Assembly (NCBI GenBank): GCA_005884195.1
Contig: VBBP01000051.1
Span: 1,550 to 65,549, forward strand
Reading direction: 5' to 3'
Length of the DNA: 64,000 bases
From: Candidatus Bathyarchaeota archaeon
Lineage (GTDB): Archaea > Thermoproteota > Bathyarchaeia > 40CM-2-53-6
Shown here: in pieces, positions 56,840 through 64,000 of the stretch
How positions within the stretch are numbered: the stretch's first letter is position 1
Layout: each line of letters opens with the position of its first letter
Notes under the pieces: model-generated
Database searches by the model: none
What the model was told of the DNA's origin: nothing
What the model saw: the letters and a program-made list of their open reading frames with translations, nothing else
Position numbers and translations under genes: made by a program

Positions 56840-57135
56840 TCGTTCACCTCCGAGACATCGGTAGTACGTTGTACGCAAACGCTCGCTATGCGCTGACCTC
56901 CCTTATGAGCCTACCCTTTTTTCTCTCTCACAAAAAGTAGAATTGGTCGAAACTTTGCCGATGCTTAACGAGCGCCGTAGGAAAATCGCTCGGAACCAGT
57001 CCTGTTCTCGAATACAAGCCCACCTTTCCAAGAAACTGTCACCTTCCCACCAATGTAATGCAGAAGTAGGTCTTCCGAGCAGCGATTCTCTGCGCTGCTT
57101 TCTTATGTATCAACGAACTATGATTAGCGTGACCA

Positions 57136-57303
57136 TTGTCAAGGACAAAGAACTGCGAGCTCTGCGGCACAGACTTCGAGTGCAAAGGTCTACTCGGCTG
57201 TTGGTGTAGGTCCATCAAGGTGTCGCGCGAGCAGCTGCGCGAGCTCTCTAAGCGGACCTCTGACTGTGTTTGTCCCGACTGTCTTCCTGAAACACAAGGA
57301 TAG
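57136..57303 (+). CDS. Cysteine-rich CWC family small protein (55 aa; absent from the ORF track)
   Basis: Translation is MSRTKNCELCGTDFECKGLLGCWCRSIKVSREQLRELSKRTSDCVCPDCLPETQG, following the pattern CxxCG..FxC...CWC...CxCxxCL. It has a TTG start directly after an in-frame TGA. Confidence 0.6.
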   Translation: MSRTKNCELCGTDFECKGLLGCWCRSIKVSREQLRELSKRTSDCVCPDCLPETQG

Positions 57304-58717
57304 AGATTCCCACGCCAGAATCTATTTTGTCAAGACATCTACTTTCGTTCGCTGACCTAGCCTAATCTCAATCTTGTCATGACCAGAAAAGAGCAGTTGC
57401 TGGAACCGAATCCTATCGTCCCGGCAATTCTCAAAGTCCTGTGAGATACTGATGTCCTGCGAAGACAAATTTTCCTCCCGCGCCTACTCTGGTCATTGCA
57501 TGATAAGGAGAAAAAAAGAAGAAAGGCTTGGGGTGAGGATTTTTAGGCTCTATTCCTACATGCCGCCTTTCTTCTTCGACTTTTTCTTCTTAGCGTTCGT
57601 CGGCTTGTTCACCCGGCTCGATATTCACAACGGTCTTTGCTTAAGAATTCTCCTCTTTTTCCGGATACCCAATTCTTTCCAACCGTTTTTTCTGGAGCGG
57701 ACCATTTCAGTTCCGACCTTGAGATCGCTGGCAGAATTTTCTTTCCTAGATATTCTCGTGTTGTAAAGCATTTTTTTTCTTACGTTTGGAGTGACCCGAG
57801 GATGTTCTCTCTAACGATCAAGTTTTTTCTCGTTCCTGGTAATCTATTGTGGCCCAGCTTCTCGAAATTCCGCGCGCAACGTAGCTTCTTGTAAGAAACT
57901 CGCCAAACAATCTCGGAGTGTTGATCGTTCTTCTCTATAGTAGTGAATGAAACCGTTTGCGGGTTTACAGAGTTCCAAAATGGCCCCGCTTGTTTTGACT
58001 CCTCTTTTCAAGGGTTACACAATCTGCGCTAGCAACGGTCTGTAAGGGCCACACTGGCTAGATTCCAGTTTTTCCTCTTCGGCCCGGCTGAATATTCCTC
58101 AGCTGGTCTCGAAACTGTGCTAGAGGGTCATTAGCCCGGTAAGGGGTGCTCTTGCCCTGGGCCCGAGCGCCGAATGGCTGACTCGGACATGGAAGACAAG
58201 TTTCGCACGCAAAGATTCGCCCGTTTTCAACCCTGATCTCGTATCCGGGGATACGTTTTTCCTCCGCGGAGAGATTGTTCGTAAATGGTCGATGAAACGG
58301 CGATTTTCGCCCTGCCATTAAGCCAGAATCATGCCCTGAATTACCTGATTCGCCCGGAATCGCTATCAGGCAGCGGATGTTCTGGAAAAACGGGGGTATT
58401 GCACAGCGATCTTGCTTAGCGTGAGCGGTTTTCCCGGAGGTTCCGCGAGAGCAAGTCGGTTATTTTGAGCCCTGATTCTGGATTTGAACAGGCATCTCTA
58501 GAACATGCGATATTTCGTGCTGTAAACGCGGATAATTCCCGATCGACATAACCCCAGATTGTGCTTTGATCCGCGGGAATCGCCCATTATCCATGCTAGA
58601 CAGGAAGTGTTCCGGGAAAAATAAGGGGTCTTAGCGACTTATCCTCACGCCGCATGAGCGCTCGAGGACGAGCACCCTCGTTCAAGGACCCTTTTTCGCA
58701 GAACCAAACTGGTTTGT

Positions 58718-59473
58718 CTAGTCTACGAATATTGTTTCCTTCGGGAACACTTCAATTCCACTTGTCGAGATCTTGTATGGACGAGGCTGCATGTCGATCG
58801 CTGTCTCTCTCATCTTCTCGACCTGCATGACCCGGTTGTACGTCTTACCAACCTTGGCGTTCGACAGGATCATGACCCCGTGTGCCAAGTACTCTTCAAG
58901 CTGTACCGCTCGCTCAACTGTCGGTCCCATGGCGCGGAGCTCCGTTGTCATCAGACAAGTCGCGCCCGTCTTCACAAGTGCGTCGACAAGGTCTAGAATC
59001 GCGGTCCTCCGCTCAGTCATCTCCGGATACTGGAAGATCAACGAGGTAACAGGATCAACTACAATCCTCTTCGCGTTAATCAGCTCCGTATGAGTCTTAA
59101 TCCCTTCGATGAGACTCAAGATCGAGAAATCCTTCCGGCCGATCGAAGTCCGGCCAATCCTGACCTCACCCGGCATATGACGCAATGGCGATGCGTTGAT
59201 GAATGCAAACTTCTTGCCCTTCTCAAGTTCTTCAAACTTCCAGCCGAACAGATTCATCTCACGGTAGAAGTGTGCCTTTGTCTCGTCCAAGCTTACAAAC
59301 GCGCCGTTCTCACCGTACATCTTGATCCCGTTCATCAGGAACTGCGATGTCAGGATCGTCTTGCCGGTCCCAGGCCCGCCGACCAGTAGAATGACTCGTC
59401 CTCGCGGAAAGCCACCCGTCAAGATCTCGTCAAGGCCCGGAATTCCAGTAGGAGTTCTATCAACCATTGGCAT
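58718..59473 (-). CDS. KaiC/RadA-like single-domain RecA-superfamily ATPase
   Basis: TGIPGLDEILTGGFPRGRVILLVGGPGTGKTILTSQF carries Walker A. RIVVDPVTSL is Walker B-like. 251 aa. Confidence 0.88.
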   Translation of the reverse strand: MPMVDRTPTGIPGLDEILTGGFPRGRVILLVGGPGTGKTILTSQFLMNGIKMYGENGAFVSLDETKAHFYREMNLFGWKFEELEKGKKFAFINASPLRHMPGEVRIGRTSIGRKDFSILSLIEGIKTHTELINAKRIVVDPVTSLIFQYPEMTERRTAILDLVDALVKTGATCLMTTELRAMGPTVERAVQLEEYLAHGVMILSNAKVGKTYNRVMQVEKMRETAIDMQPRPYKISTSGIEVFPKETIFVD

Positions 59474-59810
59474 TGCTATTGTTCACTCTCACATTCGAAC
59501 TTTGAAGCAGATACTTCCAACATGGTATAAATCGCTTCGGATTCAACACCCCTTGAACCTGTCTTGAACCCTATTGTTACGAGGCCATCGCTGCGAAGGT
59601 TACACTTTCAGCGGAGGCCCTAATCCAAAGTCGCTCCGTGGGAATAGTGCAACGTCTTGTAGCCACGCTGCCGGAACAAGAGTCTCCGCCAGAAAAGATC
59701 GATCCTAATCGATCAAGTTATCCCCTCCAGCAACTACCTCCCGTGACAAGCAGAAATTTGCACGCAGGTTGCCGAAAGCTTATGTTTGATTCCGGGTTCT
59801 CACCCCGAAC

Positions 59811-60455
59811 ATGGCCAGTCAGAGCCTCGCACACTGGAGCGGACCAACACTCATGCTTGGAGGTCTTCTTCTCGCCATCCACTACCTGACTCACCCCTTA
59901 GGAGAAACACCTCCATTCATTCTAACCAGCGCCTGGGCGCCAGTACACTTTATCGGAGCGGTTGCTTGGGTGCTAATCCTACTCGGATCAGCAGGGTTCT
60001 ACAGCCAATACTCCGGCAAGCTGGGCCACTTAGGGTTGGCCGGCTTCCTCCTAGCCTTCATTGGTGGAGCTAACAGGCCCGGCGAATTATTGGTCGTCGG
60101 TACCGTCATCGGCCCTTTGATCGCGGCCCAAGCACCCTCGCTGCTTGACGCCGGGGGTTACCTCTATAGTCCCTTGTTGTTGACGGTAGGGCTTATCACA
60201 GTTGTCTACGGTCTCGGATTCTTCCTCCTTGCAATTGCCACGCTACGTTCGGCTATCGTTCCGCGTACAGCTATCGTTCCCCGTTTGTCCCTCTGGATGG
60301 TCATCCTCGCTGTACCGCTGGCGCTCGGCTTCTTCTTCCTGTTCATCATAGGCAGTATTGCGGGTCTACTCTTCTCTCTTGGCTTAGTAGGATGGGGCTA
60401 CGGCCTTTGGCTTAACGAAACGTCATTGCAAACGGACTCTGCTCGACCTGCTTAG
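59811..60455 (+). CDS. Hypothetical polytopic membrane protein (about 6 TM)
   Basis: 214 aa, strongly hydrophobic, with no family I recognise. It contains an in-frame 18-nt tandem duplication (AIVPRT-AIVPRL). Confidence 0.6.
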   Translation: MASQSLAHWSGPTLMLGGLLLAIHYLTHPLGETPPFILTSAWAPVHFIGAVAWVLILLGSAGFYSQYSGKLGHLGLAGFLLAFIGGANRPGELLVVGTVIGPLIAAQAPSLLDAGGYLYSPLLLTVGLITVVYGLGFFLLAIATLRSAIVPRTAIVPRLSLWMVILAVPLALGFFFLFIIGSIAGLLFSLGLVGWGYGLWLNETSLQTDSARPA

Positions 60456-60675
60456 TTGTTTTGCAGGGCTTCGTGTCCAGCCTGTAGGATTAGCCTCCTC
60501 TGGGAGGGCAGTCACAAGAACTCCTTGGTGCTTTCCGAAACTCTTGCGATCCAAGATGAATTTGTGACCACGCGTTACTGGTCTGCTGAATTCTTGGTTA
60601 CACCCTCCTTAGCACCATAGAGAAGACCATGTGCGATCAGGCCTCTAACTTCCAGTCTGGGTTTACATTAGCTCG

Positions 60676-61731
60676 GTGGAGAGCGTGCCCCACAGAAAAA
60701 CACGAAACAAACATTACGACACGATGCAAGGCCCAATTCTCCCGGTTCTGGGAAGCGTTCCAATTATTCCGCATACGTTTTCGATACTGTTTCGACTTTC
60801 TGGTCCGAGAACATGGGTCTTCCCCTCGTTCAGTTTTATCCTAGGTTATGCGATAGGTGGCGGAGGACAGCTATCTCAGATAGGGATCGGCATAGCGGTC
60901 GCATCTCTGGTGACCGCTGCAACCAATATTGTAAACGCGTATGCTGACAGGAAGGAAGACGCAACAAATCAACCCCAACGGTTGTTTTGGCTTGGCCAGA
61001 TCGGCTCAAGACAGATAGCCACCTCTCTAGTAGTACTCTACTCTGGTGCAGCTGCACTAGCCGTTTACCTAGGACCCCTTTTCACACTGGTTCTGGGCTT
61101 TGGCATCCTAAACTCCATCTTCTATTCGCTGCCTCCTCTGAGATTCAAAGCCAAACCATTCGTTAGTCTTGTCTCTTTCTCCGGTGCGCTGGGTCTTCCC
61201 TTTCTGGGGGGCCTCAGCATTAGAGGATCTCTCGATTTTCTCAACCCGATGCTCTGGCTCCTAACATGGTTCATGTTCACCTATGGGACAGTCAAGAATT
61301 TGCCAGATTATTTTGGAGACCTGAAGGCAGGTGTCCGAACCTCGGCCACTATCTTCAAGAACGTGAGGAAGGCGGTTCTCTTCAGCGCCACACTCCTGTC
61401 CACGCCGTTCATCTTTCTCGTGGGGCTGGTGGCGATAGGATTTCTAGGGCCGATTTACATCGCTGACCTTGCGTTAGTTCCGTTACTAATTTTCATTCTC
61501 TCTGAAATGTTGAGGGCCAAGGACAGCGCCGGGCTTGAGAAGGCTCACACGCTTGGGTTTTTCTACGCGATATCCTTCCTGCTCTTTACACTAGTCCTGA
61601 CGTCTCCCACATTGCAATCGCTGGTGATGGTGCTTGTGGCCTACTTCTGGGCTCTGGTAGTTGCGAAAATCAGTGTTCACTCTAGGGTCGAGTACAGAGA
61701 CTGGGAGAAGCAGAGGAGGAAGAAGCCTTGA
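60676..61731 (+). CDS. UbiA family prenyltransferase
   Basis: NAYADRKED fits NxxxDxxxD, and DYFGDLKAGVRT is the second Asp-rich motif. It has about 8-9 TM helices. An internal ATG at 60724 is an alternative start. Confidence 0.8.
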   Translation: MESVPHRKTRNKHYDTMQGPILPVLGSVPIIPHTFSILFRLSGPRTWVFPSFSFILGYAIGGGGQLSQIGIGIAVASLVTAATNIVNAYADRKEDATNQPQRLFWLGQIGSRQIATSLVVLYSGAAALAVYLGPLFTLVLGFGILNSIFYSLPPLRFKAKPFVSLVSFSGALGLPFLGGLSIRGSLDFLNPMLWLLTWFMFTYGTVKNLPDYFGDLKAGVRTSATIFKNVRKAVLFSATLLSTPFIFLVGLVAIGFLGPIYIADLALVPLLIFILSEMLRAKDSAGLEKAHTLGFFYAISFLLFTLVLTSPTLQSLVMVLVAYFWALVVAKISVHSRVEYRDWEKQRRKKP

Positions 61732-62432
61732 AGAATGCTCTCGCCAACAAAGAGCTATCCTTCGACCTTCTCAAGGGCCTAGTCATCACTCCTATCACAA
61801 CCGGGCTCAACTTCGCGCTGTTGGCGCCGCCTGGCGCGGGAAAGACCACCATCTGCCAGAGCTTGGTCAAGGAGGCAGTCGAAGCTGGATTGAGATGTCT
61901 CTACGTCATAACAAACAATCCTGTTTCGCTGATCAAGGAACAGGTCCGAGCTATTGGACTCGCTCCGGGAAGGGCTGACCAGATAATCTATGTTGACATG
62001 TACTCGTGGCTTCTTGGAGAACGCTCGCAGGAACGATTCCAGATAGACAATGCGTCCGATGTCGCATCAGTCAGCGTCGTATTGTCAAGTGCCGCGGAGA
62101 CAGCCGGCGATCGGTCCTTTGTTGTCTTTGACTCACTATCAACTCTCCTCTCTTACAATTCCGAAGAACTTTCCATACGTTTCATGAAATCACACCTAGC
62201 GCGAATGAAAAAGCACGGCAACATAGGCGCATATGCGATAGAACTGGGAATACACAGCAACTCGTTCTACAACGAAGTCCGTTCCAGCTTCGATGGAGTG
62301 ATTGATATGAAGCTGGACGAGATGGATGGGGAGCTTCGTCGTTTCGTTCGAGTGTACAGTTACAGGGGAGCCCATGAGACCAAATGGTTCCGGCTTCTCA
62401 TAGGACCCGATAGATCGGTGAAGATCTATTGA
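61728..62432 (+). CDS. KaiC-like RecA-superfamily ATPase domain protein
   Basis: Walker A is LAPPGAGKTT and Walker B-like is SFVVFDSLSTL. 234 aa. The TTG start overlaps the UbiA stop by 4 nt (TTGA). Confidence 0.7.
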   Translation: MKNALANKELSFDLLKGLVITPITTGLNFALLAPPGAGKTTICQSLVKEAVEAGLRCLYVITNNPVSLIKEQVRAIGLAPGRADQIIYVDMYSWLLGERSQERFQIDNASDVASVSVVLSSAAETAGDRSFVVFDSLSTLLSYNSEELSIRFMKSHLARMKKHGNIGAYAIELGIHSNSFYNEVRSSFDGVIDMKLDEMDGELRRFVRVYSYRGAHETKWFRLLIGPDRSVKIY

Positions 62433-62556
62433 CACGAGTCAATATGACGACAACGCTTGGTCTCGCTTCCGTGTTCGGCAGGAACCGAGTGTTAACCTTA
62501 TCACAGATGAAAGGTACAATCCGCTTAAATCACGCACAAAGAAGGGCTCACCTAAG

Positions 62557-63303
62557 GTGACGACGATGGAGCCTACTGGCATCAAGGTCTTAGATGACCT
62601 CCTGTCCGGTGGTCTCCCGAGACCTTCAGCAGTCGGCTTGATCGGCGCGGTTGGGAGCGGCAAGTCTTCGCTGGTTAGACAGCTCGCGGTCAATATGCTC
62701 GAAAAGGACTTCCGGGTTCTCTACTATGCCATAGACGAGTCTGCGGAGGACGTGAGAGAGGGAGTCGCATCTTACGGCGTCAACGTTCCGAAGTATGAGG
62801 AAGAAGGACGACTCGCGTTCATCGATATCTTCGCTCTCGGCGTCGAACGCTTGGCCGAAGCCTACCCTGTTGAGGAGCCGGAGAGAATTGTCGACAGCAC
62901 CTTCAAGTTCTCCGACCTCGTCGCCCAAGGCAGAAGCTTCACGCTCAAACACTTAGGAAAGAAACAGTTCGTCATAATGGACTCTCTAACACCGTTCTTT
63001 CTCATGGTCGAAGCGAAAAGAGTCTTCCAGTTCGGCCAAGTCCTAAAGTACGCAACCCGTTTCGCCAAAGCCATAGGAGTCGCTACTCTCCACACGAAAG
63101 TACTAGATGAATCAATCGAGAACGCGATGGTGAACTTCGCCGATGTTGTCCTTGAGCTCGAGAGAAGAAAAACTCCCGAGGGCATCAGCAGAGGTGGAAC
63201 GCTAAGACTGGTGAAGTTGGGAAAAACACAGATTCCGTCCAGAGGATACTACTACGAAATGACGCCGCAAGGAATAGTCATCAGCACAGCCCCTCCGATC
63301 TGA
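62557..63303 (+). CDS. KaiC-like RecA-superfamily ATPase
   Basis: TGIKVLDDLLSGGLPRPSAVGLIGAVGSGKSSL carries Walker A. QFVIMDSLTPF is Walker B-like. 248 aa. Confidence 0.85.
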   Translation: MTTMEPTGIKVLDDLLSGGLPRPSAVGLIGAVGSGKSSLVRQLAVNMLEKDFRVLYYAIDESAEDVREGVASYGVNVPKYEEEGRLAFIDIFALGVERLAEAYPVEEPERIVDSTFKFSDLVAQGRSFTLKHLGKKQFVIMDSLTPFFLMVEAKRVFQFGQVLKYATRFAKAIGVATLHTKVLDESIENAMVNFADVVLELERRKTPEGISRGGTLRLVKLGKTQIPSRGYYYEMTPQGIVISTAPPI

Positions 63304-63315
63304 CCTCGATTTCTT

Positions 63316-63342
63316 CAATCCAACCTGATAACCGTTGGATTG
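63316..63342 (+). terminator. Perfect 9-bp stem hairpin just downstream of the third KaiC-like gene
   Basis: The sequence is caatccaac-ctgataacc-gttggattg, 13 nt after the stop. No adjacent T-run is present, so the function is uncertain. Confidence 0.3.
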
Positions 63343-63650
63343 TGATACCTGGTGCAAATTCTAGCAGATTATCATCTGAAGAGTCAAGATAGGTTTACGA
63401 AGGGTGGTCTGTGAACAAACTAAATTGCGCTCGGAATTCCTGAGAACAGTCCAACTCCTAGGCGGCCTTCGGGAAAATGTTGACGTCGCGTTCCCTATGT
63501 TCTTTCAGAAAGCTTTTTCGTCCAGAAAGAAAAGTCCAACTATCACACTACCAAATGGTGGGACATCAGCAAAGCGATGATATCTTGCAGGGAGACCTCA
63601 TCCTACCAGGCACGGATCGAACAACTGTCGAGCCTTTCGTTCCAAAGCTC

Positions 63651-64000
63651 ATGGTGTACGAATTCCGACAAGACGATCCCAAGAAATGCACATCGGCGAG
63701 ACTTAGAAAATTTCGGCTAGTACGAAGTCTCCCGAGCCTGAAGCGAATCCCTCCCTCTGCAGTAGTTTTGAACCCGACAAGTAGTCGAACACTCTCGCCT
63801 GAAGATCGCGAATTAGTCCAACGAGACGGCCTCGTTGCACTCGACTGCTCCTGGAACATGTCGGAAGATATTTTTTACCGAAACATTCCGGGCATTAATA
63901 AGAGACTCCCCATTCTCTTGGCAGGGAATCCGACGAACTATGGAATAGCTGGCAGACTCAGCACCGCTGAGGCTCTTGCTGCCGCGCTCATACTAACAGG
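63651..64000 (+). CDS. tsr3: 16S rRNA aminocarboxypropyltransferase Tsr3 (DUF367), 3' partial
   Basis: MVYEFRQDDPKKCTSARLRKF...VALDCSWN...LPILLAGNPTNYGIAGRLSTAEALAAAL matches the family. The ORF runs off the window, so it is absent from the track. An upstream in-frame ATG at 63555 is less likely. Confidence 0.85.
   Translation, partial: MVYEFRQDDPKKCTSARLRKFRLVRSLPSLKRIPPSAVVLNPTSSRTLSPEDRELVQRDGLVALDCSWNMSEDIFYRNIPGINKRLPILLAGNPTNYGIAGRLSTAEALAAALILT

Noticed and set aside
57625-57771. A 48-codon, very basic minus-strand ORF (MLYNTRISRKENSASDLKVGTEMVRSRKNGWKELGIRKKRRILKQRPL). It continues in frame past its TGA into another Lys-rich stretch.
   Set aside because: I recognise no family and see no clear RBS. 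It lies in an AT-rich, low-complexity region where such frames arise by chance. A read-through or recoding claim would be unsupported.
57466-58629. GGAAAAA-type boxes with a TTCC-n-GGAA dyad and a downstream G-string (for example GTTCCGGGAAAAATAAGGGG and TTCTGGAAAAACGGGGG). They resemble archaeal origin recognition boxes, and an AT-rich stretch is nearby. I considered a replication origin.
   Set aside because: The same box type sits about 75-125 nt downstream of stop codons of amt (13823), hemC (4405) and the thermosome gene (20755). Its orientation always gives a T-tract on the transcribed strand, so oligo-T terminators explain it better. No orc1/cdc6 gene is adjacent. It is still worth a GC-skew or Orc1-binding check on the full replicon.
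1-64000. I searched for CRISPR arrays, rRNA genes, intact IS elements or transposases, integrases and prophage structural genes.
   Set aside because: I found no regularly spaced 25-40-nt repeats and no rRNA-like conserved blocks. No DDE or tyrosine/serine recombinase motifs were recognisable in any ORF.

Overview
All calls below come from reading the sequence and recognising motifs from memory. No database, HMM or folding tool was run.

The window looks like an archaeal chromosomal segment. It carries a thermosome, Alba, Tsr3 and a B12-dependent class II RNR, and many genes are preceded by GGAGGTG-type Shine-Dalgarno boxes. GC is in the low 50s percent by eye. I support about 55 protein-coding genes, one tRNA-Leu(CAG), three ORFs that the track misses (two under 60 aa, one open at the window edge), several oligo-T terminators and two promoter or operator sites. 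I found no CRISPR array, rRNA, intact IS element or obvious prophage.

Most of the window is housekeeping or accessory metabolism:
- hemC, nrdJ, amt, thermosome, ada, bcp
- an M1 aminopeptidase
- a GH15 gene convergent with a fused otsA-otsB (trehalose synthesis and breakdown)
- MFS and ABC transporters
- MarR, PadR and winged-helix regulators

Observations worth a second look, roughly in order of interest:
1. A translationally coupled operon encodes a zinc-ribbon FHA protein, a PPP phosphatase and a vWA protein. A polytopic membrane Ser/Thr kinase is transcribed divergently (31860-36821). This is an ArnA/ArnB-like phospho-signalling module with its own kinase and phosphatase.
2. A 1696-aa secreted protein has 13 tandem ~100-aa GPDF-initiated repeats and about 57 N-glycosylation sequons by my manual count.
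3. That same gene is bracketed by a 15-bp direct repeat identical to the 3' end of the adjacent tRNA-Leu, which resembles att sites.
4. Three single-domain KaiC/RecA-like ATPases surround a UbiA prenyltransferase and a 6-TM protein.
5. Two unusually long convergent gaps without credible ORFs (17043-17990 and 57304-57717 onward to 58717) share a 22-nt box.
6. Three genes (hemC, bcp, a beta-propeller) and one MscS-like fragment encode conserved N-terminal sequence in frame upstream of any ATG, GTG or TTG.
7. A LAGLIDADG intein sits at the window edge next to a NUMOD3-type nuclease-like ORF.
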